A stretch of 64,000 nt of DNA from Octopus sinensis. Its lineage: Eukaryota. The DNA lies in contig NC_042998.1 of the NCBI RefSeq assembly GCF_006345805.1, positions 8,432,001 through 8,496,000 on the forward strand. Direction: 5' to 3'. A program made the translations under genes and the position numbers. Of this stretch, positions 1 through 11,818 are shown piece by piece; the stretch's first letter is position 1, and each line of letters opens with the position of its first letter. The notes under the pieces are model-generated. The model searched no databases. It saw nothing but the letters and a program-made list of their open reading frames with translations, and was not told the DNA's origin.

Positions 1-2960
1 TTGGCTGGATTGTCGGCTGGTCATTGCTGGTTTGTAAGTTACTGGCTGGCTTGTTGGTTGGTGGGTCAGCTAGTTGGCTGGTTTGTCGGTTGGTTACTGG
101 TTGGCTGGTTTGTCGGTTGGTCACCTGGTTGGCTGGATTGTCGGCTGGTCATGGATCGGTTGGTCATGGCTAGTTTGTAAGTTACTTGCTGGCTGGTTGG
201 TCGGTGGGTTACTGGTTGGCTTGTTTGTCGGTTGGTTTCTGGTTGGCTGGTCGGTTGGTTGGTCAACTGTTTGGCTGGATTGTCGGCTGGTCATGGATCG
301 GTTGGTCATGGCTGGTTTGTCAGTTACTTGCTGGCTTGTTGGTCGGTGGGTCAGCTAGTTGGCTTGTTTTTCGATTGGTTACTGGTTGGCTGGCTGGTCG
401 GTTGGTCACCTGGTTGGCTGGATTGTCGGCTGGTTATGGATCGGTTGGTCATGGCTGGTTTGTCAGTTACTTGCTGTCTTGTTGGTCGGTTGGTCAGCTA
501 GTTGGCTGGTTTGTCGGTTGGTTACTGGTTGGCTGGTTTGTCGGTTGGTCACCTGGTTGGCTGGATTGTCGGCTGGTCATGGATCGGTTGGTCATGGCTG
601 GTTTGTAAGTAACTTGCTGGCTGGTTGGTCGGTGGGTTACTGGTTGGCTGGTTTGTCGGTTGGTTACTGGTTGGCTGGTTGGTCGGTTGGTCACTGGTTG
701 GCTGGATTGTCGGCTGGTCATGGATCGGTTGGTCATGGCTGGTTTGTCAGTTACTTGCTGGCTTGTTGGTCGGTGGGTCAGCTAGTTGGCTGGTTTGTCG
801 GTTGGTACTGGTTGGCTGATTGGTCGGTTGGTCACCTGGTTAGCTGGATTGTCGGCTGGTCATGGATCGGTTGGTCATGGCTGGTTTGTAAGTAACTTGC
901 TGGCTTTTTGGTCGGTGGGTTACTGGTTGGCTGGTTTGTCGGTTGGTTACTGGTTGGCTGGTTTGTCGGTTAGTCACCTGGTTGGCTGGATTGTTGGCTG
1001 GTCATGGATCGGTTGGTCATGGCTGGTTTGTAAGTAACTTGCTGGCTGGTTGGTCGGTGGGTTACTGGTTGGCTGGTTGGTCGGTTGGTCACCTGGTTGG
1101 CTGGTTTGTCGGTTGGTCATGGATCGTTTGGTCATGGCTGGTTTGTCAGTTACTTGCTGGCTTGTTAGTCGGCGTGTCAGCTAGTTGGCTGGTTTGTCGG
1201 TTGCTTACTGGTTGGCTGGTTGGTCGGTTGGTCACCTGGTTGGCTGGATTGTCGGCTGGTCGTGGATCGGTTGGTCATGGCTGGTTTGTAAGTAACTTGC
1301 TGTATGGTTGGTCGGTGGGTTACTGGTTGGCTGGTTTGTTGTTTGGTTACTGGTTGGCTGGTTGGTCGGTGGGTCACCTGGTTGGCTGGATTGTCGGCTG
1401 GTCATGGATCGGTTGGTCATGGCTGGTTTGTCAGTTACTTGCTGGCTGGTTGGTCGGTTGGTCAGCTAGTTGGCTGGTTTGTCGGTTGGTTACTGGTTGG
1501 CTGGTTGGTCGGTTGGTTACCTGGTTGGCTGGATTGTTGGCTGGTCATGGATCTGTTAGTCTTGGCTGGTTTGTAAGTAACTTTCTGTCTGGTTGGTCGG
1601 TGGGTTACTGGTTGGCTTGTTTGTCGGTTGGTTACTGGTTGGCTGGTTGGTCGGTTGGTCACCTGGTTGTCTGGATTGTCGGCTGGTCATTGATCGGTTG
1701 GTCATGGCTGGTTTTTCAGTTACTTGCTGGCTTGTTGGTCGGTGGGTCAGCTAGTTGGCTGGTTTGTCGGTTGGTTACTGGTTGGCTTGTTGGTCGGTTG
1801 GTCACCTGGTTGGCTGGATTGTCGGCTGGTCATGGCTGGTTTGTAAGTTACTGGCTGGCTTGTTGGTCGGTGGGTTACTGGTTGGCTGGTTTGTCGGTTG
1901 GTTTCTGGTTGGCTGGTCGGTTGGTTGGTCAACTGTTTGGCTGGATTGTCGGCTGGTCATGGATCGGTTGGTCATGGCTGGTTTGTCAGTTACTTGCTGG
2001 CTTGTTGGTCGGTGGGTCAGCTAGTTGGCTTGTTTTTCGGTTGGTTACTGGTTGGCTGGCTGGTCGGTTGGTCACCTGGTTGGCTGGATTGTCGGCTGGT
2101 TATGGATCGGTTGGTCATGGTGGCTGGATTGTCGGCTGGTTATGGATCGGTTGGTCATGGCTGGTTTGTCAGTTACTTGCTGTCTTGTTGGTCGTTTGTT
2201 CAGCTAGTTGGCTGGATTGTCGGCTGGTTATGGATCGGTTGGTCATGGCTGGTTTGTCAGTTACTTGCTGTCTTGTTGGTCGTTTGTTCAGCTAGTTGGC
2301 TGGTTTGTCGGTTGGTTACTGGTTGGCTGGTTTGTCGGTTGGTCACCTGGTTGGCTGGATTGTCGGCTGGTCATGGATCGGTTGGTCATGGCTGGTTTGT
2401 AAGTAACTTGCTGGCTGGTTGGTCGGTGGGTTACTGGTTGGCTGGTTTGTCGGTTGGTTACTGGTTGGTCTGTTGGTCACCTGGTTGGCTGGATTGTCGG
2501 CTGGTCATTGATCGGTTGGTCATGGCCTGTTTGTCTGTTACTTGCTGGCTGATTGGTCGGGGGGCGTAGCTAGTTGGCGGTTTGTCGGTTGGTCTGGTTG
2601 GATTGTCGGTGGTTGTCGGTTCCGGCTGGCTTGTGGGAGTGGTGGTCAGCTAGTTGGCTGGTTTGTCGGTTGTTACTGGTTGGGTTTTTGGTCGGTTGGT
2701 CACCTGGTTAGCCGGATTGTCGGCTGGTCGTGGATCGGTTGGTTTATGGCTGTTTTGTCTTTTACTGGCTGATTGGTCTGTGGGTCAGCTAGTTGCCTGG
2801 TTTATCGGTTGGTTGCTGGTTGGCTGGTTTGTCGGTGGGTCACCTGGTTAGCTGGTTTGTCGGTTGGTCGTGGACTGGCTGGTTGGCTGGTTTGTTGGTT
2901 GGTTGCTGGTTGGCTAGTTGGTCGGTTGGTCGTGTGTCAGCTAGTTGGCTGGTTTGTCGG
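1..2960. repeat. Complex G/T-rich satellite built from GGYY tetramers, ~142-bp monomer, runs off the window start
   Basis: Anchor GGATTG(T)C/TGGCTGGT recurs at 135, 277, 420, 563, 704, 846, 988, 1246, 1388, 1531, 1673, 1816, 1943, 2086, mostly 141-143 bp apart; the + strand is nearly free of A. Confidence 0.95.
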
Positions 2961-2964
2961 TTGG

Positions 2965-3095
2965 TTGCCTTTCATCCTTTCGGGGTCGATAAATTAAGTA
3001 CCAGTTATGCACTGTGGTCGATGTAATCGACTTAAACCATTTGTCCTTGTTTTTCCTCTCTGTGTTTAGCCCCTTGTGGGTAGTAAAGAAATAGG
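2965..3095 (+). mobile_element. SINE family A, 5'-truncated copy
   Basis: TTGCCTTTCATCCTTTCGGGGTCGAT...GCCCCTTGTGGGTAGTAAAGAAATAGG matches the 3' half of the full copy at 17194-17426. Confidence 0.9.
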
Positions 3096-4155
3096 ATGGA
3101 TGGATGGATGGATGGATAGATATATGGATGTGTTGATGGATGTATGGATGGATGGATGGATAGATGGACGGATATATGTATGTATGTATGTATGGATGGA
3201 TGTATCTATGTATGGATTGATGGATGGATGGATGGATGGATGGATGGATTGATGGATGGATATATGTATGGATGTATGGATGTATGTATTGATGGAAGGA
3301 TGTATGGATGCATGGATGGATTGATGGATGGATTGATGGATGTATATATGGATGTATGTATGAATGTATGTATGTATGTATGTATGGATGGATGGAAGGA
3401 TCTATGGATGGATTGATGGATTGATGGATGTATATATGGATGTATGTATGAATGGATGGATGCATGATGGATGGATGGATGGATGGATGGATGGATGGGT
3501 GGATGGATGGATGGATGGATGGATGGATGGATGTTTGGGTGGATGGATGGGTTGATGGATGGATGGATGGATGTATGTATGAATGTATGTATGGATGGAT
3601 GGATGAATGGATGGATGGATGTATGTATGTATGTATGGATGGATGGATGGATGGATGTATATATGGATGTATGTATGAATGGATGGATGCATGATGGATG
3701 GATGGATGGATGGATGGATGGATGGTTGGATGGATGGATGGATGGATGGATGGATGGATGGATGAATGGATGCTTTGATGGATTGATGGATGAATGGAAG
3801 GATAGATGGATGGATGGATGGATGGATGGATGATGGGTGGATGGATGGATGAATGGATGGGTGGATGGATGGATGCATGGATGGATGGGTGGATGGATGG
3901 ATGGAGTCATGGATGGATGGATGGATTAATGTATGTATGTATGGATGTATGTATGAATGTATGTATGTATGGATGGATGGATGAATGGATGGATGTGTGT
4001 ATGTATGGATGGATGGATGGATGAATGGATGGATGGATGATGGATTGATTGGTGGATGGATGCATGGATGGATGGATGGATGGATGCATGGATGCATGGG
4101 TGGGTTGATGGATTGATGGATGTATGTATGTATGTATGGATGGATGGATGGATGT
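3094..4155. repeat. Compound (GGAT)n/(GTAT)n microsatellite array
   Basis: Direct reading of the sequence; the HPSI and MDGW ORFs are translations of this repeat. Confidence 0.95.
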
Positions 4156-4639
4156 GTTGCTAACCGGACACACGAAGATAAACCATCAATGTTCCTGACT
4201 CCCTGAAGATTGTAAATGCTGCAGATTTTAGCCAATTTTTCCCCACAGCATCGTCTTAAAAAGTGAAGATATGTGATGACGTCGTCTAAGATGGTCCTTT
4301 CAAAAAAGATGGTTATCTTCTGAGTAATGAATCTCACTCTCTCTCTTTCTCTCTCTCTGTCTCTTTCTCAGTCTGTCTGTCTCTCTCTCTTTCTCTCTCT
4401 CTTTCTCTTTTTCAGTTTGTCTGTCTCTCTCCCCCCTCTCTCTCTCTCTGTTTCTTTCTCTTTTCATTGTAAATTTCCTCTTCTCTCTTCATATTTATCA
4501 CACTTTCAGTCTTTCTCTGCACATGCATGTCGCTCAAGCTGAGTGTGTGCATACTTGTGAGTGTGAGTGTGAGTGTGTTTGTGTGTGTGCTTGCGTACGT
4601 CTGTGTGTGTGTGTGTGTATGTGTGTGTAACTTTCCTAG

Positions 4640-4870
4640 GTTAACAGCCGAAAGACCCACACAAAGTATTAGCGGTGAGCCCAGGAATCACCCGAACAGA
4701 GAAGGAATAGACTTGATGATATGCTAACAGGTGACTATAGCGCACGTTCTCAGGAGACATCCGAGCATAGGATCCATCGATTGGATGAGAAGCACACAAG
4801 AACCTCCGTCGCACAAATTCAAGAGCTGATGTCTTATTTTGATTCAAAAGACTTTCAATTTCCAGTGAGT
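4640..4870 (+). pseudogene. Degenerate STPR-type 23-aa repeat coding relic, probably the N-terminus of a Helitron protein
   Basis: The frame of ORF 4721 reads R*AQESPEQRRNRLDDMLTGDYSARS/QETSEHRIHRLDEKHTRTSVAQI/QE, an exact 23-aa QE..E.R..RL period; upstream in-frame stops at 4670 and 4676. Confidence 0.6.
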
Positions 4871-5054
4871 CTCAGCACATTGCAAAGGCAAACATTTTCG
4901 GCTACCGATTTACACCTTAAAGGGCCCTGCTTCCCCATGGTCAACTTTTTGCTGGATGTTCAAGAGCATGAAGTGAGGAAAATTTCTACATCTATGCATC
5001 AAATAGAAAAACAAAAGACTTAGTTTATTGAGACATTATAAATCGCCCCAAATA

Positions 5055-6310
5055 TTAGGTCATCCCATAAGTCCTGTCCAATTTTTTTAAAATTGAATGA
5101 AATTTAATGGTATTTTAGAATGTCTAATGGAATCAAAAATTATCTTTATGCATTTGTGTACATTTAAACGAATTACATATTATTTTACAGAATAATAGAC
5201 TTAAAATTTCTTTGATTAGAACCCTTTCTATCATGGAAGTATTCAAAGAGCATTTGAGGCACATAATGAGTGCAAAAAGGGAAATTCTGCAGCCGAAGCG
5301 ACTCGAAACATACACTCAATTTATGGGAAAGAATGATTGAATGAAAGAACTTGCAGAAGATGCTTTGCAAAATTCAGAAGTGGAGATGTCAGCCTTGAAG
5401 ATGAAGATCGAACAGGACGTCCATTTGGGTTTGATGATAAGATTCTTGACGCATTACTTGAAGAAAATCCTGCATTATCAGTTGAAGAATTGGCAATAAA
5501 ACTTAGTACAACTGTTCATCCTCATCTTCAACAACTTGGAAAGTTTCGTAAACTTGGAAAATTGGTGCCTCATGAATTGTCCGAAAGCAACCGCGAATCC
5601 CGTGTTGACATCTACTCTTCTCTCCATTCTCGCGAACTCATTTCACCCTTTTTGGATAGACTTGTGACTGGTGACGAAAAATGGATCTTCTATCGAAATG
5701 TTAAACGTCGTAAACAGTGGCTTGGTAAAAGGAAAAAGCTCAACCACAACCGAGAAGGTAACTTCATGGGAAAAAGGTTCTCTCTATCTGGTGGGATTGC
5801 AAAGGAGTAATTCACTTTGAATTGTTACCACCTAATGCAACAATCAATGCTCAAATCTACTGTTAGCAATTACAGCGTTTGAACCAAGCTTAGAAGAAAA
5901 AATTACCCGCTTTAGTGAATCGAAAAGGAGTGATGTTTCATCAAGACAATGCACGACCCCACACTGCAAAGATCACATCACAGAAGATCGAAGAGTTTGG
6001 TTGGGAAAAAATTCCTCATCAACCTTATTCTCCCGTCCTTGCTCCCGACTACCATTTGTTTCATAGTTTACAGAATCATTTGGGGGACATAACTTTCACA
6101 AGCCAAGAGGTCTAAACTGACATTTCAGAGTTCTTCGCTTTGAAACCAAAAGAGTTTTATATTGATGGGATTAAAAAGCTTGTAAATAGATGGAAAGAAG
6201 TCATCGATAATCAGGGAAAGTACATTGATGATTAAATTTCAATTAAATATAGCATTTGATCACTTGTTTTCTTTATTCAAAATTCCGACAGAACTCATGG
6301 GATGACCTGA
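5055..6310 (+). mobile_element. Full-length but inactivated mariner (DD34D) transposon
   Basis: TIRs TTAGGTCATCCCATAAGTCCTGTC and rc TCAGGTCATCCCATGAGTTCTGTC, TA on both sides. Transposase 5233-6235 has frameshifts and stops: SLEDEDRTGRP, LVPHEL, VTGDEKW, HQDNARPH, PYSPVLAP-DYHLF. Confidence 0.95.
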
Positions 6311-6447
6311 TAATGCAGGGATTCGTCCTGATTCGTTCTTCATCGGGAAAGATATGGTCTGATATGGAATAAAAAAAAATGAAATAAGGGCATTCTTTGG
6401 CGAAATTGACCGGCAACGACGAGCTACACAGCTAGTGTGTGTGTGTA

Positions 6448-6492
<45 letters not shown>

Positions 6493-6839
6493 GTGTGTGT
6501 ATGTATGTGTATGTGAATTAATTTTGACAATACTAGATGGTATATCTGTGAAGAATTTTGAAAAACACTTGAAACACTTGAGGATGTCTTCACATGTTTA
6601 CAGCTGTTTTATATGAGGTGCTGTTGTTCTTTCTCGTATCTGTAGAATTCACAAACTTCTAAATAAACACACCATTTGTAAGAACTAGTCTCATAGATAT
6701 TCTATGGAAGCTTGTCAAATATCCTCTACTGCCGCCTATTTTTCTATATTACTACACATCAAGGTTGAAAATTCTTGACCTTTTCTAATACCAAAATGTT
6801 TCCCTCAAATGCATCAACTGATTAGGGAGAACTTGATAC

Positions 6840-7150
6840 CCCAGTTTTAAAAATAGTAGAACTAGATGTCTGGGACTCATTTAGAGAGTTGTGTCATGGC
6901 TTTCTTAGTAAACATCGCACAGAAATCTATGAGAAAATTGTATTTGCTTCAAAATTATCGTTTCTTGAACTACATAATATTTTAAATGTTCACTTTATGC
7001 ATTTTCAGTTGCCATTCTTATAAAGAAAGCTTGTTTACAGAACTGACAAATTTGAAATATTTCACCGAGATATCCTTGTTATTAAAGAAATATATCAAGG
7101 CAAATGGTCAACAGGAATGGTTACTTACTGCAGCTGGAATATAAACATGA
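6840..7150 (+). mobile_element. Decayed DNA-transposase fragment, CMC/Chapaev-3-like
   Basis: Translates ELDVWDSFRELCHGFLSKHRTEIYEKIV ... VHFMH ... FHRDILVIKEIYQGKWSTGM, resembling the AW.SF..V..GFLG and RFHQDI..ME.RYQG motifs. Confidence 0.6.
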
Positions 7151-8217
7151 TACTCCCAGACAGAAATGCAAGATTAGTAGATTTGTAAAATATATGTAAC
7201 AAAAAAATGTGCACAGAACATACGTAAAAAAGCATGTAAAAAAAAGAACCGTATGTAAAAAAAAATGTTTATGTAAAAGAAAAGTTCTTGTTTTAATCCT
7301 TAATAAAGAAAATATTCTAAGCTGAATTGTTACAGTATCAAGTGTCAGAATTACTCATACACTGAAGTATTAACACAACAATTTTATAAAAGTTTGGCTT
7401 ATTGGTGAAAAACTGAATGTTGTAAATATTTTAAACGCTTTAAATTCGGTGATTTGATTTGCTAAATGTCCTGCCTTTTATCGTCTATAAATCAAAATAT
7501 TAGAACTAAGTTTTCGTCAAATAAACTGATGTCAAATTAGTGCAGAATGAAAATATATTTGATAATGTTTTTTATGCTATTTAACTAACTTGCGACAACT
7601 GCTCGCGCAGGCTAGTATTTCGTCATATTGATAGATAACAATAATTTCCAAGATTGATAAATTGCTATAAATTTTGGAGAATGGAAAGTAATTGATAGAA
7701 TTATTTCGATTATTTCACTGTTATCTACATTATGTAATGCAGAGGAATAAGAACGAAAATCTATTTCACTGGAGTCGACCTCACCATGTTCAATTGATTA
7801 AATCCCAGTTAAGCACTAGGATCGATCTAATAAAGTATATATCGACCTCAAATATATCACCTTATGCTAATACTAAAGACCATTATAATTACCGTTTAAT
7901 ATTCTTGTGTGACCTCAAATTTTGCTCTAAATGTTAGAATAGTCTAAATCTTTGAAACACTCTGAGATACTAAGAACCAGTTTGAAACTTTTATAAAAAC
8001 AAATGTACCCTAAAAGTAAAGGTTGAGGGAGGAAAATTATATCATTCTACTGAGTTATTCTTTCAGACAACAACAAAATATTACCGAAAGACTATGGAAG
8101 TTATAAAGATCTGACCATATTGCAGTCGAAAACAAGTCGAAAACGTAAAGAATTGGTTCTGAAATCAAAATTAGGAATAAAGAACTGAGATATTCTAAGA
8201 CATTCTAAAAACTTTCC

Positions 8218-8614
8218 ACTCTTTTACTCTTTTACGCTTTTACTTGTTTCAGTCATTTGACTGTGGCCATGCTGGAGCACCGCCTTTAATCGAGCAAATC
8301 GACCCCAGGACTTATTCGTTGTAAGCCTAGTACTTATCCTAGCGGTCTCTTTTGCCGAACCGCTAAGTTACGGGGACGTAACAAACCAGCATCGGTTGTC
8401 AAGCAATGTTGGGGGAGAAAATACAGACACACAACGTATATACACACATACGACGGGCTTCTTTCAGTTTCCGTCTACCAAATCCACTCACAAGGCTTTG
8501 GTCGGGCCGAGGCTATAGTAGAAGACACTTGCCCAAGGTGCCACGCAGTGGGACTGAATCAGAACCATGTGGTTGGTAAGCAAGCTACTTACCACACAGC
8601 CACTCCTACGCCTA
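8218..8614 (-). mobile_element. SINE family B (tRNA-derived head, central TG repeat, AAAAGAGT tail), full length
   Basis: Reverse complement of 8942-9358. Confidence 0.9.
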
Positions 8615-8941
8615 CACATTAACAATTTGTTAACAACGTACGGTAGACATTACATCCACGAAACCCTTTTGAGGAAAAAAAAGGTTGCTATGTATTCAAT
8701 ATAAGAGATACAACGCGATTGTAAATTTAGAAACCGGAGTTTAGAACAATAGAAAGAGGCTTGAACATGCTATGTAGAGTTTTTTTTTCCTCTAAACAGT
8801 TAAGACGATTAGGAATGAATATTTCACAATTTAATCAAAACTGTTTCTTGGTAACACATTAGAAACTCGGTGATATGTACAGATAAGAGAATGATTTCAT
8901 TCTTCCGATGAAATCTGTTTGAATATTGAAGATGTGGACAT

Positions 8942-9358
8942 AGGTGCAGGAGTGGCTGTGTGGTGAGTAGCTTGCTTACGAACCGCATGGTTCCGGGTTC
9001 AGTCCCACTGCATGGCACCTTGGGCAAGTGTCTTCTGCTATAGCCTCGGGCCGACCAAAGCCTTGTGAGTGGATTTGGTAGACGGAAACTGAAAGAAGCC
9101 CGTCGTATATATGTATATATATATGTGTGTGTGTGTATGTGTTTATGTGTCTGTGTTTGTCCCCCTAGCATTGCTTGACAACCGATGCTGGTGTGTTTAT
9201 GTCCCCGTCACTTAGCGGTTCGGCAAAAAGAGACCGATAGAATAAGTACTGGGCTTACAAAAAGAATAAGTCCCGGGGTCGAGTTGCTCGACTAAAAAGG
9301 CGGTGCTCCAGCATGGCCGCAGTCAAATGACTGAAACAAGTAAAAGAGTAAAAGAGTA
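8942..9358 (+). mobile_element. SINE family B, full length
   Basis: AGGTGCAGGAGTGGCTGTGTGGT (A box-like), GGTTCAGTCCC (B box-like), CCTTGGGCAAGTG, tail GGCGGTGCTCCAGCATGGCCGCAGTCAAATGACTGAAACAAGTAAAAGAGT. Confidence 0.9.
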
Positions 9359-9419
9359 TGTGAAATTTGCCCTTGAGCTATTATAAAAGTCTTCAATGAT
9401 GAGAGACTAAGACCAATTT

Positions 9420-10170
9420 TCAATGCACCACTCCCGGACCTGAATGTCATGCTGAAGTTGAACAGCGTAAGCGTGGAAAGTTTACAAAGAAAGCGTAAAA
9501 AATACGAAAGGATTAAAAATTAAAATGGGAAAGTGTTACGTAAGCATGTTTTCGGGCAGGGCGAGCTTGAACTGAATGTTTGGACAGGAAAGATACAATC
9601 AGATTTGCCTTGGCTAAAAGATGAAGGACTAACGAGAGAAACAGAAACAGCTTAATGTGTTGATAAAGAATAAGCATTTAGAAGAAACAGAACAAAAATA
9701 GACGATACAGTAAATGCCATATCTGGTAAATCATGCGAAATTGCCACTCCTTTAGTTTGAGAATGTAACGAGAGAAAAAGATCACAAAGAACAGACTATG
9801 ACAGGTTAAGGTAAATATAGAATGCTATGAAATTAAGAAGATTAAAGATAAGTCCTCCCAGATACAATTTATAATGGAAAATTCGGATTTAGTGGAGTTT
9901 CTCTGTGTAAATAGCCTTTTAAAAGAATCAAGAAGATAAGTAAAAGACATACTAAGCAAGGTCATAATTTGGCCGGTAACAAGATAATAGGGTGAAGGGG
10001 AAAGACGCAAAACAATATTTAAAAGAATCTGGACTTCAGCAGAAGACTACGGTACACGTGATTGAAAATGAATCTAGAAGTAATAATTGAACGCGTGGAA
10101 CAACTTGAAAATGTATCTAACCCAGTGACTAAAAGTCACAAAATATCTGAGGCTTGGATGAGTTGGAGTA
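9420..10170 (+). mobile_element. Highly decayed non-LTR retrotransposon C-terminal region, possibly R4/Dong-like
   Basis: PWLKDEGLTRETE resembles WL..G.L..ETE; many stops and frameshifts. Confidence 0.35.
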
Positions 10171-10263
10171 AAAATGTTAGCCTTTCTTTTCAGAAGAATC
10201 TTTCGCAGTGACTTTGAGAGTGAGAAGACTTGTCAAACACCATGGATACGTTGCCATGATATA

Positions 10264-10656
10264 TCTTTATATATAAAGCTGAAGTTGTCTGTGTGTGGAA
10301 GGTTTGGCAGCCTTCAACTAGCACTATCTCCTCCCAGACCCTGCGGCACAAGTTGACCAAAATTGAGAGTATGATAGAAAAAGGCTTGCTCTTCATTCCG
10401 TAGAAGAAACAATTCAAATCGGATCATGTTAACACCGAAAATTAACATCAAAAAGATGCTTTTTTACTATGAAAATCCCGATTTTTTACGATTTTTTTAC
10501 TGTTGTGTCGCCATTTTTCGGTGTATTTCAACCAGAAAAATGTTCACTTAAAGAATATAACAAGATACATAATGCAAAATTTTTACTTTTCAAAAATTCC
10601 AATTCTAAAGGGTCGAAAAGAAAAGAAATCCGAGCAACGCTGAGCTATACTACTAG
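10264..10656 (+). mobile_element. Non-autonomous Helitron, family 1
   Basis: Starts A|TC, ends CTAG|T with a subterminal CGAGCAACGC motif; homologous to 14993, 50476 and 55334. Confidence 0.85.
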
Positions 10657-10689
10657 TTTTATAATATTTACACTCTATCCTCTTGGCAA

Positions 10690-11200
10690 AAACGCGTTAT
10701 ATACCGTAGTCCTAGGTTTCTTGCGCGTAAGAAAAAAGACCTAAATACAAAAAAGCATCATTTCAGTTCAGTCCATCGCAATTTTGTAACTCAAAACAAA
10801 CACAATCGAGGAGATCTAACATCATCAGAGTATTTTTTAATGAAGTGTATCTTAACATTTCGACAGATCTCAGAACTTAATGATCTGTTCCAGACTTTCT
10901 GTTCCATATTAATGATGTACACCCTGTTGAGTTTAACGATACGCGCGTCTAGATTGATGACACCATTCTCCCACACTCTATGCATAGTCCATACGCAGAA
11001 ACGATTTCAGCAACTTCCGCCAATCTTGCAGATTCTTTGTGAAAAAGAGACCTTGAAAACCGCATGATGTCCTAGTTTTATTTAAAAAACACGAAATTAC
11101 AACTCCGTTTCATGAAAATACCCGCTAATCTCTCGACACAATATTCATTTAAAACTATCACGTTTCCTATAAATTGTGAATTTTAATCGGATGGCCTTTC
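10690..11200 (-). mobile_element. Decayed Tc1-like transposon 3' fragment
   Basis: Minus-strand VWENGVINLDARIVK...WNRSLSSEICRNV resembles the Tc1 C-terminus; a TACGGTATATAACGCG terminus-like sequence lies at 10690-10710. Confidence 0.35.
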
Positions 11201-11259
11201 ATAACGACCTCAAGTATTTCATTCCGCTGTAATTCATTGTATTAATATTATACAAACGG

Positions 11260-11472
11260 AAGGCAGCGAGTTGACAGAATCGTTACAGCGTCGGAAAAAA
11301 CGCTGAGCAGTATTTCTTCAGACACACCGCTCAGAATTCAAATGCTGCCGGGGTTGACTTTGTCTTTCATCCTTTCTGGGTCGATAAAATAAGTACTAAC
11401 TGAACACTAGGGCCGATGTAATCGATATACCTCCTCCTCAAAATTGCTGACTTTGTGCCAACATTTGAAACC
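11260..11472 (+). mobile_element. SINE family A variant with alternative 3' tail (..TTGTGCCAA..TTGAAACC), degenerate
   Basis: Shares head and CTTTCATCCTTTC.GGGTCGATAAAATAAGTAC core with family A. Confidence 0.75.
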
Positions 11473-11676
11473 GATATCATACAAATAGACCAAAATTAAA
11501 TTTACATAGAAACCATGCTTTCCTATCAGAATTAGTGAATTGATACAAATTTTCTACATACCATTAAAAGAAAATCATACAGAGGCCATCACATTATCAA
11601 AGTTACACCCACAACATTTTCTAACCACTGATCTCTGTTTAATCTCTGTACTATACTCTCTCTCTCTCTCTCTCAC

Positions 11677-11759
<83 letters not shown>

Positions 11760-11818
11760 CACTCGCCCCTTCTCTCTTCTATCGCTCCAATAGTGTTTTG
11801 AAAACCACCAACTAACTA

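Noticed and set aside
1-2960. CRISPR-like regular repeat spacing
   Set aside because: There are no unique spacers; the whole array is repetitive, the context is eukaryotic and there are no cas genes
66-4337. Long ORFs (450-aa W/V/G-rich, HPSI- and MDGW-repeat proteins)
   Set aside because: They are translations of stop-poor satellite DNA, open in several frames at once, with no splice or domain support
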